Positions 40,201-52,580 of a DNA stretch of 64,000 nt are shown here, piece after piece. Under the pieces are notes generated by a model. The model saw only the letters and a list, made by a program, of their open reading frames with translations. It had not been told where the DNA came from and did not search any database. The stretch covers positions 50,656,001 through 50,720,000 of the forward strand of contig CM052817.1 in assembly GCA_028534125.1 (NCBI GenBank). Reading direction: 5' to 3'. The DNA is from Lama glama. Lineage: Eukaryota. Position numbers and translations under genes: made by a program. The first letter of the stretch is position 1; every line of letters begins with the position of its first letter.

Positions 40201-41469
40201 TTTTTCTTTACTAGAGGATATTAATATTTTTGGTATTTGAGCTATCATAAGGACATTAAAATACAAATTCAAAATGGTTTGTACTGACATCCTATATTTT
40301 AGTAATACTTTGTCATATTTGGATTTATATTATATGTACAATCACTTAGCATTTTAATTTTCTTTACAGAAACTGGAGGCTACATAAAAATCTAATGATA
40401 ATTCAGACAAGGTATATTCACTTAAGATAATATGAGAGACCATTGAGCTCTCAACTAAATGGAAACACTTTATTTAATAATTTGCACTTAGATCTGGAGC
40501 TCAGGAGTTGTAAATTCAGTATGTTCTCTAATTTTGACATGTGATGGTAGGTAATTTCACTGATCTTTCTTGATATCAACGCTCAGATTCTTAATCTATC
40601 ATCAGCTTTCAACTATTTTTATTAAATTGATTCGGGAAAGGACATACGTATTTTACATAGCAAGTGATCATAAAGTGTTTATAACAGGTTTTAAACGTAT
40701 TTTTGTAATTTACAATTTAATATGTACTTATAATTCACTTCAAAGAACTGAAACAACTCTATAATAAAGAGCTGAGAAATAGTCTAACTTCTGTAGAGTT
40801 CAGTTCTGTGTTCTGTATATTTAAATCCATACCAAGCTAAATAGTAACTTTTGAAGATCTTTCCTTTCTCAAAACTCCCCTAAAAAAGTGAAATAGCACT
40901 GACAGCTGTGTTCAGATTTCAAAGAGATTCCTTACACAGTTAACAGGCTATGCAGGGAATGAATAGATTAGGAAATGAGATTTCAAATTAATCTTCAGTT
41001 ACCTGGAATACTCAAAAAGAGTTTTTCTGTTGATTGAATACCTTTTTTTGAGTACTAATCTTTTCTATTTTCTTCAATTTCAAAGATTTTGAGTAAAAAT
41101 ATTTTCAGTAGAATAAACAATGTTTCAGTATTTTTGACAAGTTATCCAAAGTAAGAATAAGATTCTACTGTTGTAATAAAACGCATTTCCCCAAGTGATT
41201 AGGTAGCACTAAGTCTAATAGACTACTAGCTATACTTTTGAAGTCTTCTAAATATCTCTTAAAATTCTCTTTCCTGTTTTTAGATTTCAGTATCATTTTA
41301 CAATTTTGTCAGTTTCCTTTTCTAGCAGTTTATTTTTGAATTCTAATTGACATTTAAAAAATTTTATTCATTCGACTAGTATTTATTGACTCTACGTGGA
41401 AGATACTGTTCACTGTCTGCAGTGGGTTGCAAGTGTCTGAGGGCTCTTCTGTGAGTATAGGGCTTACTT

Positions 41470-42350
41470 TGGTAATGTCAGTTTGGTGGGATGAGAAAAC
41501 ATGGCCCTTTATTTTCTTGATAGAGAAGTAGCCACATAGTTACTTTTTACATAAAGATATTTCAGTAGTCTCTTGAGTGATATTGCTAGACTTTGATAAT
41601 TCAATTAATAACTCAAGTACTAATCCAGCAGGTTTCTAATTCGAGGGGGCTTCCAAAACCATTTCAGTGGCACCACACTATCTTTACAGTCATTATGTTC
41701 TTCATTGCCACATGCTTGCAGGGAAAAGAAAAGCCAGTTCACTTAGTATCTTTGAAGTACTAGAAAAATTATTTAATTAAAGCTCAACCTGTAAATATGC
41801 TTCTTCCTGATATTCTGCAGAATGAAAAGGTAAGGACACAGCAATGTGCTCTGCTGAACAGCAGGGGCAAGCGTCTGGAGGAAAAGCTCTTGTGCAGTTC
41901 TGTGATGTGTAGGCTAAACTAGTCATTGTCCTGGCAACTAATCTTTAAGAAACTATTACTTGCACATTTTAGTGTATTATCAAATATTCCCACAATTATC
42001 TGAAATAGTATATTGTTTTCCAACTAAATATCTGCATGAATTTTCTTTATATACTTAAACAATACCAAAAAACCTTCAGCACATTAGGTACAGAAGCAGA
42101 TAGGAAAATTCTACTATCTGAATTTGTACATTAAAGATATTTCCTCTACACATTAACTTACTTTGTTTTGGAAAGTATCATTTTCTATAAAAAATGTTTC
42201 TTATGTTAATATGCAATGTTTTTGCTGTTGTTTAAAATCATTAAGTAAATAAATTAGAGTTTTTAGTTTGATTTCTAATAGGGTAAATATTAAGAATTAC
42301 ATCCTACAAAAACTCTTCTGGGCTCTGAATAATATTTAAGGGTCTTACAG
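41470..42350 (+). mobile_element. Charlie1-like hAT DNA transposon with degraded transposase fragment
   Basis: 'cagtggcaccacactatctttacagtcattatgttcttcattgccac...gaggaaaagctcttgtgcagttctgtgatgtgtaggctaaactag' resembles the hAT HCxxH...RWLSRG region; Charlie-like 3' end 'aaaaactcttctgggctctgaataatatttaag'. Confidence 0.7.
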
Positions 42351-43027
42351 TGTCCTAATTATATCAAATAATTTAATTGGTGGAAATATATCTCCTATTT
42401 GAATCAACAAACTATTATTGACTTTGCCAGTATTATTCCATTTCTTAGAAATTTTACATTTAATTGGATACTGGCAAAGTCAATGGAAGTTTTCCTTTAA
42501 AAAAAAATTTCAAAAATCTCTTTGTATGAATTGTCCACTCACTCACCCAATAGATATTTATTTCTTGTCTACAATCTGTCAGGCCTGGGTCAGCTGGTAA
42601 CACTCTGTTAAGCTTATGTGAGCCTCTTTCAGCCTTACCCAGATGTTCCTCATTGCATTCTAGTCTGCAGACCTGTTTCCACGTCTGTCTCTCCATTGGA
42701 CACTAATTCACTAGTGATCTTTACATCATCACTGACCATAATACTTGGCACAGGGTTAATAAAGAGGTCATAAATTTTTCTTGAAATGATATAATTATTA
42801 TAGTTTTGTCCCGCTATCCACAAAGGTTTTATGATAACTTCCAAAGACAGTAATATACATTAATTCTAGTAGGAAGTTGATTGAGACTAAGAAAACCAGG
42901 TCACAGAAATATGAAATGATTTCTCATTACCATTTAATGAAATTTAAAATACAACATGTGCATCTCTAGTTACAAAATAGTATATCTGGATCTACAGCCA
43001 TGCAGGTAGTTAGATGTAACCCCAGGG

Positions 43028-43264
43028 GCAGAGATTAGAGTGATGGGGCCACAAGGTAAGGAATGTTGGCAGCCACTAGATGGCGGATGAGGTAGGGAAC
43101 AAATTCTCCTTTAGAATCTCTAGAGGGAATGAAGCCCTGCTGACATCTTGATTTCCACCCAGTGAAAGTGATCTCAGACTCTGGGCTAACAAACTGTAAG
43201 AGAATAAATGTGTGTTTTAAGCTACCAAATTTGATAATGTTATAGCAGCCATAAGATACTAACA
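43028..43264 (+). mobile_element. MaLR LTR 3' half (MLT1C/D-like)
   Basis: 'gaagccctgctgacatcttgattt...aactgtaagagaataaatgtgtgttttaagctaccaaatttgataatgttatagcagcc'. Confidence 0.88.
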
Positions 43265-43729
43265 GCAATAAGGATAAATAAAATTCTGTATACCCTACAA
43301 AGTGTTTAAGAAATGGTAACTTACAGCTTGCTCGGTTACACTTTTTAAAAAAATTAAATCTCCTAAGTGTAATTGAAGTAACTTTGTTTCTGAAGCTGCC
43401 TCCAATGTAAAATTGTAGATTCTATTGAAAAGTTCATAGTTTTAAGAGCATTGAAAAGCTTGGTTTTACCCAAATAGACCATAGTTTTCTTGGAGTTTTT
43501 AAAATGAGGAAAATAGTACCATTTCAGAGCTTTTTGTAGTTCCTGCAGTTTAGAAGTGTGTCTTCATGGAACTGAATATATTCTTGATCATTCATCAAAA
43601 GGGCAGTGTATTCATGGCGAGTGACTAACAAGACTTATAATTCCTTTGTTTTCTCATTGTGCATTATTGTTACATTATCTGATGGTATTCCTCTAAAATT
43701 TGTTTGTAATCTCAGTCCTGTATGAGTGG

Positions 43730-44685
43730 TCTGAAACCACATTAAGACAGCATTTTACACCCCCTGGGATGATTAAAAGACCAACAAATGTTGGAGAGAC
43801 TTGGAGAAATTGAAACCTTCATGTATTATTGGTGGAACTGTAAAATACTTTAGCCATATTGGAAAATATTTTAGCTGTTACTCAAAATGTTAAACAGAGT
43901 TATTGTACCGACACAGTGATTCCACTTTTAGGTATGTAACCAAGATAATTGAAAACATACATCCACACAAAAATCTGTATACAAATGATCATAGCAGCAT
44001 TATTTATAATAGTCATGATCTAGAAACAACTTGAAATGCCTATCAACTAATGAGTAGATAGGTAAAATGTGTTATATCCATACAGTGAAATATTATTTGG
44101 CACTAGAAAGGAAAAAAGTGTTGTAGCATGTATCAACATGTTTGAAACTGGATATATTATGTCAAATGAAGGAGCCAGTCCCAAAAGACCACATACTGTA
44201 TGATTCCATTTGTATGGCAAGTCCAGAACAGGCAAATCCATAGAGACAGAAAGTGGGTTAGTGGTTGCCAGGGATTGAAGTGGAGTGGAATGATTAGTGG
44301 CTGATAAGAGAGTTTTTTTTTTTCCTTCTGGACATAGGAAGTCGCAAACATTGTATTGTACCTAGGGTAAGGGAGAAGGAAAGGATAACTGAAGAGGAAG
44401 ATGATTCCCAGTAGCATTTCCTCTCACAAGGAACTATGGAACTGTCACAAGCATGCTTAGACTGCAACTATCCATTCTGCTTCCATGTTTCCTGAAAAGC
44501 CTAAGAAGGGCCAGCCTGGCAGCCCACATGCTTCTGGTTCCAGACAAGCCCCCAAACCTATAGAGTTTCTTTTTGAAGGGATGAAAATGTCCTTCAGTTA
44601 TTTGTGGTTGCACAACTCTGAGCCAAAACCCACCAAATTACACATTTTAAAAGGGTGAATTAGATGATAATTATAACACAAAGTT
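43730..44685 (+). mobile_element. L1MB-type 3' end, interrupted by a retroposed insert
   Basis: 'catagcagcattatttataatag', 'aaaagaccacatactgtatgattccattt', 'ggcaaatccatagagacagaaagtgggttagtggttgccaggg'. Confidence 0.88.
44316..44559 (-). pseudogene. Retroposed polyadenylated RNA 3' fragment (processed-pseudogene remnant or L1 transduction), source unidentified
   Basis: Poly(T) at 44313-44323; AATACA on the minus strand (44352-44357); flanking direct repeat AGAGTTT (44309-44315, 44562-44568); interrupts an otherwise colinear L1MB. Confidence 0.7.
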
Positions 44686-44944
44686 TTTTGACTTAATTTG
44701 TCCTATTTAAAAAGGCAAAAAAAGTTTGTCATTCTTTTGTGGGGCCATCTGATCTTGATTCTGAGGTTGGGCATGAGGCAGTCATATGTCTGGTTTGATG
44801 ACACTGGCACAAATTCTACTGAAGGCTGAATTGACTTGGGAGGATCAAAGTTCTAGTTTTCCTGAGACAATTGATTCTGTTCTAAAGGGAGATCAGTGGG
44901 AAAAGCAGAGGTAGAGTTACCAGCATGATGAAGTCATTTTCACC

Positions 44945-45350
44945 CTTCCCCCTTAGGACAGATGGAAAAACTAAAACTCAGAGAAATTAAATAACTTGCC
45001 CAAAGAAGCACAGCTGGAAAATAATTAAACCAAGATTACAGTCTTAGAGAGGATTCTTAAATATTTAGATTATAAGAAGCTAATGTTTTTAAATTATTAA
45101 AGTGGCTATTGTATTAGCTAATTCATATATAATACATGTGGCTAAGAGTATGCTAAGAATTTCACATGAATTCAGTTATTTAGTCCTCATAACACTGTGG
45201 GGTATAGGTTCTATTATATTGTCATCTCCATTACTGATGAGGAAACTGCAGCACAGAGATGATAACTGACCTAATTATAAGTAACTGCCCTGGAACATAG
45301 ACGCAAACCATCTCACTCTAGACCTTGTTTTTCAACACTATGTTATGTTG
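44945..45350 (-). mobile_element. Two adjacent MIR fragments
   Basis: 'cagatggaaaaactaaaactcagagaaattaaataacttgcccaaag' and 'ccattactgatgaggaaactgcagcacagagat'. Confidence 0.75.
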
Positions 45351-45552
45351 CCTCTTGGGCATCAAGCATAACACCTTCTTCCTGGGCACAGGTTTTTTAA
45401 TTGGACTGAATAAAGGCAGAAATCAATCTTTTTAATATCCATTAAGCTTTCATCTGTAGTTGAATAATCTATTTCAGATTTTAGAATTAAGAATGGAAGA
45501 ATGATGATTCACTATAATTTCTTAAAGTTAACATTGTGTGATCTTTGGAAAA

Positions 45553-45795
45553 TATTTTATTGAGCTAACATTGATTCATAACATATCAGTTTCATGTGAA
45601 CAACGTTATATTTCTGCTTCTGTACACCCTACAGAATGCTCACCAGCAAAAGTTTAGTTTCCATTCATCACCATACAGTCGACCCCCATTACCCATTTCA
45701 CCCTCCCTCTTGCCACTCCTCCTCTAATCTGTTCTGTGCATCCACATGTTTATTGTTTGCTTTGGTTTGCTCATTTATTTTTATTAGTTTTTTAT
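45553..45795 (-). mobile_element. L1 3' end fragment
   Basis: 'ttttattgagctaacattg...accagcaaaagtttagtttccattcatcaccatacagtcgaccccc'. Confidence 0.75.
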
Positions 45796-46589
45796 ATAAA
45801 AGTGTTCATTATCATGTACCTATGACGTGCTGTATTCTAGGTACCATGTGGGAAATTCACACTGCTTTTTAATTTATATAAAGACTTTGAGAGCTAATTC
45901 TTGCAATGAAGAAGCTTAACTTTGTTTTAACACAAACCTATTTTACTGTATAAAACTTAGGGGAAGACAGTGAAACCTCTTAATTTCCTACAGAAGCAAA
46001 GTTTTCCAGAACACAAAACAAATGTTAAAATGACCAAAGTGGAAGTATTTCTCTCAGTTTTCATCACAGACACTATTTACGAATGGGAAATGGTTTAAAT
46101 GCATTAAAGACCCATTTCCTGACTCTATTGGTTATTTATATATTTGTTTTTAAATATATAAATATTGATTATGCTCTTTCGAATAATTGTTTTCGTACTC
46201 TAACCAGATGTCACATAGAAGTTGTCAGAATTTTATTATTAATCTGTACTGAATAAGCAGGAGAGAGACATTTAAGAGTAAAACAGCTACAATGCTGTGA
46301 TCGCCTGAATATGCAGGTGACTCTTTGACAGAAGATGCATAGAATGTTACCCTGCAGACCAGAAGGATCAACTCATTTCTCAAAATACTTAAACTTGGGA
46401 GTAATTGAAGTGTTTGGGAAATACACACCAATCATGTATAAGGCATTCAAATTATACTTTGCTAGAAAAGTCTAATTGAATGATTGAATGCCCACATTTG
46501 ATGTCTCCTACTACTTAATCTATTGTAAGAGCTTTCAATCTGCTGTAAAAAGTTTAAAAATGCAGTTTCCACTCTCTATATAGCCAAGT

Positions 46590-46865
46590 GTATCCATTCT
46601 TCAGGCCCAACTCTAATGCACAAAAGTTTATAAAGCCTTTTATGAGTTCCAAAACAAGTGCAAATGCTCCTTCTCTAAAACTATCTTAATGTACTTGTGA
46701 TACCTACCTATGTCAACACTGAAACTGATTTACTTAGGTTCATATTGATCTTTCTCTGATAGATCCTTCCCTTAAGGAGCTTACAGTCTATGTGTAATCT
46801 AACCTTGTAGCTCTTCACGTGCCAGTAACTTAGTAAGTACTCAGTACGTGTTTGAGAAATAAATC
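46590..46865 (+). mobile_element. L2 3' end
   Basis: 'atccattcttcaggcccaactctaatgc...tagtaagtactcagtacgtgtttgagaaataaat'. Confidence 0.6.
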
Positions 46866-48309
46866 ATAATGCAAAAATGAGTAACTGAATAACATAGTTC
46901 TGATGAAAACAAATGATCTGTATCACTGTATAAATGAGTTATTTCATTACCTCTTCTGAACAAGGAAGGGGAAGTTTCCAGTGTCAGTACTATATCCTCT
47001 AGAACTGGCTTTAATCGTAGTAGATTTATGCACTGAGGTGACTAGAAAATCCCTTTAAGTATTGAGCATTTTTAGAATGGTGACTGACTTTGGACAACTT
47101 CAATCTTGTGAAGTAGAACATTTAGCAGTGGCATGTTAGAAAGGGCTATGCTCTATTAGAAATAGCAGATTTATTCCAGCATTTATCTGGCTTATGCAGA
47201 ATTGCTAATCTCTTTGGTACTGTATATAACAATTTAATGCTTCTCAGCATGTTCAAGTTTATTTCTAGATGAAGGGAACATCTGAAGTCAATATTCAGAT
47301 TGTTCGAGAAGTTGGTGAGTTAATGGTCAGGACACTATAGCACTGTCTAAAATGCATTCTTCTTTTTTCTACCATTAATATGCTTTAAAAATGAGAAATG
47401 AACCTCTTAGAAATGGACAGGTTCAGAAGTAGCAGATTATGACCAGGCTACTTACATGGATCTAAATCCCTTATAAGTAAATGGGTTATTCAAAAATCAA
47501 CAATCTGAATTTATTTAGCTGGAGTAAAAGTAATTGTTATTATTTTATTTGGTGGTTATTATGTTCTAGAGACTGCTCTGGGTGGTTTATCTCACATAAT
47601 TTTTGCAACCTCCTGAAAGAAAGATAACAAAAACCACTTGGAAATCAGGGAAGTGAGGTTCAGTGCTGCGTGCTTAGTTGCCAAAAGATGTAAAAGTGAA
47701 GAGGTAGAATCTTCTATGTCATAACTAATTCTGTGCTTAATATACCCTCCTGACTACCCCACAGTTTTTAAAATAAGTAACAATGTTTCCTTTGACCATG
47801 AATATAATTTTGAAATAATAGTTACTGGTGGGAATTATAATACATATTTCTGCTTCTATAATCCAGTCCCTGATAACGTGTAATCTAATAGTTTGTATTC
47901 TGTTAAATATATTTTGTTCTCAAGAGTCTGGATAGGATAGAACTGTGATTCTCTTTTGCCTTTACCTGCTTTCACTTCCAACGCGAAATTTTGATTGACT
48001 CTGGGGATTAGCCATAACATTGTCCATCTAAATTTGGCAGTTCAGTCAATCTCCACACAATGTTAATTCATTCAGTAATTATTTCTTGAATATCTAGTGA
48101 GTGCTTGTGTATCTGGCATTCTTCTGAGGAGCCATCATATTTGTATTCTCAGGCATTGTCACCAAGGAGCTCCCAAACCTCAGGAGAGGAAGTAGATAGT
48201 CTTGCAACTCCTGACATGCTGTTTGTATTTGTTATTTCATGTCTTAACGATATGATTCAAGTATGTTCTAGATTAAGAGCCCTTTGAAAATTTTTTTAAT
48301 GGACAAGAC

Positions 48310-48520
48310 AGCAATGTAGTGTATCTTAGTAGTTAGGATAGCTAGGTTCTGTAGTTTCAATTTAGTTTGGGTAGCTTGGACAATTTTTTTCATGTTTATA
48401 AGCCTCAGCTTCCCTATCTGTTAAGTGATGGTAATAAACTGAACTGAGCTGTAATTAGATAAAGTAATGCTTGTGCCTGAAGCATGATAAATGGGCAGTA
48501 AACATTAGCAAACCTTTGTT
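48310..48520 (+). mobile_element. MIR SINE
   Basis: 'agcctcagcttccctatctgttaagtgatggtaataa'. Confidence 0.65.
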
Positions 48521-48859
48521 ATTTCGTTTCTCTTTTTGGAGACTCAAAATGCACATTGTAATCGGAGAAGTGAATCCTGTAGAAACGTAACTCTACTTAA
48601 ACTTGTGTAACCCAGACTCATTGAACTATGGTACAAATTTTTCATGTAATATTTATTAATAACATGCAGTTATTACCTAACAGAACACATTTTGGGAAAT
48701 GCTGATCTAAATGACATTCAAATGTCTGAAGGTAAAATGAAAAAAGTGAACATCCATATTGCATAATGTGGGGATGTTTATGATTTTTATAAATATCTTG
48801 TTAAGATATTTTAAACATAACTTGATACTTTGTTTCTTGAGCATTGAGTTCAATATGAT

Positions 48860-49100
48860 AAAGACTTGGTGGCAGAAAACCTTGGGTTTGAGTGCTGATG
48901 ACACTGGCTACTAGTTGTGGGATTTTGAGAAAAGTACTTATTCTCTCTGAGCCCTGGTTTCTTCCAGTGTACAACTGAAGAGAAATGATACATACTGATG
49001 TGTAGTGGTTCTGGAGATGAATGAGGCAATAGATAAAGTATATATCGTATAATGCCAGACACAAAAGTTCTTGAAAAACTTTAGCTGTTACTGTTATTAG
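48860..49100 (+). mobile_element. MIR SINE
   Basis: 'cttgggtttgagtgctg...tactagttgtgggattttgagaaaagtacttattctctctgagccctggtttcttccagtgtacaa'. Confidence 0.7.
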
Positions 49101-50977
49101 AGATTTCATCAGTGTTTCAATAACTACTTTTAGAGTTCGACATGACCTATTCAAGGTATTGATACTTTCACAATTTGTAGTATTATCACTTCCTATTATA
49201 TATGTAATATATATTTTTATATAAATTATATATGTATATAACTCATACATTGTGTATGAACATTTAAGCTAAGTGGTCTATTTGGTAGAATTACCAACAT
49301 TATTTTATGGGCAGAACACAGAATATCAATTCCCTCAACTGTTTTCGCTGTGCGCAGTTCTACAAATTCCTCCCAGCTTTGTTTTGTTAGAGGGAAGTGA
49401 CCTTTTCCCAGGAAGGTTTTCCCTGACATGGAGCTAACATCTGCTGACTCTTAGAATCTGAGATGGTACTAAGGAGAGTTTCTAATGAAAGAACAGACCT
49501 CTAGAAATTGTTTTTCCTTATAAAATCATGTCAACCAAATATCATCAACACTTTTATCCTAAATTTAAAAGTCTACCCCTCCCTCCCCTAAAAGCAACCC
49601 ACTGGAGTTTCTTTGTCTATTAATGTTAATTATGGGAAATCATAAGTGTTAACTACTGACTTTCCAATGCAAGAGTGGTGTTACAAAACACCATCACTGC
49701 TGTGTGTGCATTTCAGATGACTTTCTCCCAGTTTCACTGATGGTTTTGTGCTGATCCAGCTGGAACCTCCCTCTGTTCGTTTCCTTGGTCAGCAGGGACT
49801 ACATGATATACATAGCTTAAGAAGGTTAAGGATGGTCAGGGAAAAGGATAAGGGTGGGAGAGATCAAATCCTTGACCACTGTACCCCTGACAAACTTCTT
49901 AACACTGGAGTGCACCAAGATCATTCTACTCAGCCAGCTACTTCCAAATGGGAAGTCAGCACCACCTGCTTGTCTGCCCAGTAAATCAGCTCTTTCAATT
50001 AGCTGCTGATAGAATACTGAGTTTTTTTGTTTGTTTGTTTTGAAGATTAAAATGTTGGAAGTGACAGAAATCTTCATAAGAAAACAGTGAATAAGAGTAG
50101 CTGTTTTCTAACTTTAGAACTACTGGGTTTGAGGGAACTCAGGTAGCTTTCCAAATCTGAGCAAATATGTGTAAGCATTTGGGAGAATAATATAATTTTT
50201 CATTACATTCTAAAATTGTCTACACTTATTCTGATGGAAAACAAAACTAAAATAGTGTTGAGACCCATTAGCTTCTTTACAAATCAAGAAAGTGAGACCT
50301 GCTATGTTGTTAATAAAGCCATTTTATTATGCAACTACTTCCCCTTCACCAAACATTTAAGTAAACATTTCTACAGAACACATTTTTCCCAACTGGTGTT
50401 TTCTCTCCCACTGACCTTTCAGGGTACTTGTAAAAAAATAAAATAAAAAAAAACATGCTATTTTGCATTATTTTCTTTAGAAAAGAAAATGAGATTCAAT
50501 AGCTATTTTAGCATTGTGCTCTCAATTTATTGCTTTCTTAAGTGTCCTTCAAAAGCAGTGCCTGTGACTTATTTGGCATTTAGTATACTCATGTCTGATT
50601 ATGAAGTAACAATAAGTAGGGGTGGATTTTTGTTTTCTTTCAAAGGTCTTTTCAGTAGTTTTTTAAAGTTACCAGATTTAGTGGGAAAAAATGGAAGAAC
50701 TCTGGAAATATGAGGCCAGTAAAATGTCCAGTGGTATTTTTCCATTTAACGTTTATTTATTGAAACAAATTAAAGTAGGCAATATGGGAATAAACATGAA
50801 CAAGATGCAAATTTTGCCCTCAAATTTTATAGTATAGTAGGAACAATTAAAAGTGAATAATGATGACATTAAGTAAGACATTAAGTGTCATAAAGAAGAT
50901 ACAAATAAAATCTTACGAGAGCACAGAGAAGGGAGGAATTATTTCTCAGCTGTGAAAAATAAGGCATATGTCTTTCT

Positions 50978-51547
50978 GTAGGTGAATGGATACACTATGA
51001 TACATCCAGGCAATGAAATACTATTCAGCACTAAAAAGGAATGAGCTGCCAAGCCATGAAAAGACAGGAAAGAATTATAAAGGAATATAGAAGCATTATA
51101 AAGGCATAAGGAAGCCAATTTGAAAAGGCTGCATACTGTATGATTCCAACTAAATGACATTATGAAAAAGGCAAAACTATAGAAAGGGTAAAATGATCAG
51201 TGGTTGCCAAAGGTTGGAGGTGGAGGGATGAATAAGTACAGAGAATTTTAGGGCAGTGAAAACACTCTCTGTGATAGTATGATGGTGGTACACATCATCA
51301 TAAACTTATCCAAATTTAGGGTATCACTCTTGCCATTGTATTTTTCTTAAGGTAGGTGGCTATGGACTTTGGCTGACTATAATGTGTCAATGTAGGTTCA
51401 TCATTTGTAACAAATATCCCATCCTGGTGGGAGATATGGATGATTGGAAAGGCTATGTATATGTGGAGGCAGGAAGTATATTGGAAATCTCTATATTTGC
51501 TTTTCAATTTTACTGTGAGCCTAAAACTGGTCTAAATTTTCTAAAAA
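50978..51547 (+). mobile_element. L1MC-type 3' end
   Basis: 'aaaggctgcatactgtatgattccaact...ttttagggcagtgaaaac...atgtgtcaatgtaggttcatcatttgtaacaaat...ttttactgtgagcctaaaactg'. Confidence 0.88.
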
Positions 51548-51837
51548 GTAAGACATGCTTGGGAGGAGGTGAGATTAGAGACTGGCCTGGAAGGGAAGGT
51601 ATTACTTTTTTTTTTTTTTTTTAAGTTTTAAGACAGGCTCCTCAAAAAAACCTCTAGAACCAAAAATGATCCACCCAAAAAAAAATACTGCCACCCTTCA
51701 AAATTATGGTTTTCATGTAGTCAAAATCGGGAGTAAGGGCATCACAGAATGATGGAAGAGGCCATGCTTAGGACAGATTTAGGAAGTATCAACTGTACAT
51801 AAGAAAATATAGTGAAAGTGGGATTTGGAGCAGAATC

Positions 51838-52580
51838 AGTGGTATGCAGATGCATGTTTAACAACCATCTCTTTGGTAAAGGAAAATCTGTAGTGTTGTT
51901 ACCCCAAGGAGGGGAAAAGCTCCAGTTCTTGTCTTACCCAAAAGATAAGAATTCAGAAGGGAGATGAAAGTGTTGTATAAACAAAGAGTTTATTAGCAAA
52001 GTGAAAGTACACATCCAAGGGCTCAAGGCAGGCTGATCCAAGGGAGCAAAGGCTCTGATTCCCCCAACCCCTTTTTCTTTTGTGAGGTTACCTAGGGGCT
52101 ATGTTAAGCTAATTTGATAGTTGGTATCATGTGAGTGGCATTTGTAGTTTATATAACCTTTTCCTTATTGTGCATGTCCTTGCCCACAGTGCATACAGAA
52201 AAGCCCATGGGGAGCAGTGCCTAAACTACAATGCTAATTATATTATAATGAGCACTCGGTCATGTCAGGTTAGGCCCTACTCTCTACTGTACAGCTGCAG
52301 CTGTCTGGTTCTATCTGGTTTCTTGCTGGCACTCATTTAGAGAAAATAAAACTCTTTGAAGCCCCTTATTCTGAGGGTGGGTGTACCGTTATTTTCTGGA
52401 TTGTTCTCTCCCCTTTCTACTCTCCTTGCTGATGCCCCTAGCTATCTAACTGCCTAACAGTGTTTTCCAATTTCTTTGGTGTAAATACTTCTACCATGGC
52501 ACATATCACTGAACATGGAGGAAGAAAGAGATGAATATAATTAGCTCTCATGTTTGTGCTGTTGTTTCCAGGATTCCACC
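51838..52580. mobile_element. MER63-like (hAT-Blackjack) element split by a solo LTR
   Basis: 'cagtggtatgcagatgcatgtttaacaacc' ... 'ccaatttctttggtgtaaatacttctaccatggc' on either side of the LTR. Confidence 0.55.
51897..52459 (-). mobile_element. Solo ERV1-type LTR (563 bp)
   Basis: TGTTA...TAACA termini; perfect 4-bp TSD GTGT (51893-51896, 52460-52463); minus-strand AATAAA (tttatt, 51989-51994). Confidence 0.88.

Noticed and set aside
48801..49250. 149-aa minus-strand ORF
   Set aside because: It spans an AT-rich low-complexity stretch and a MIR, with no homology or splice support
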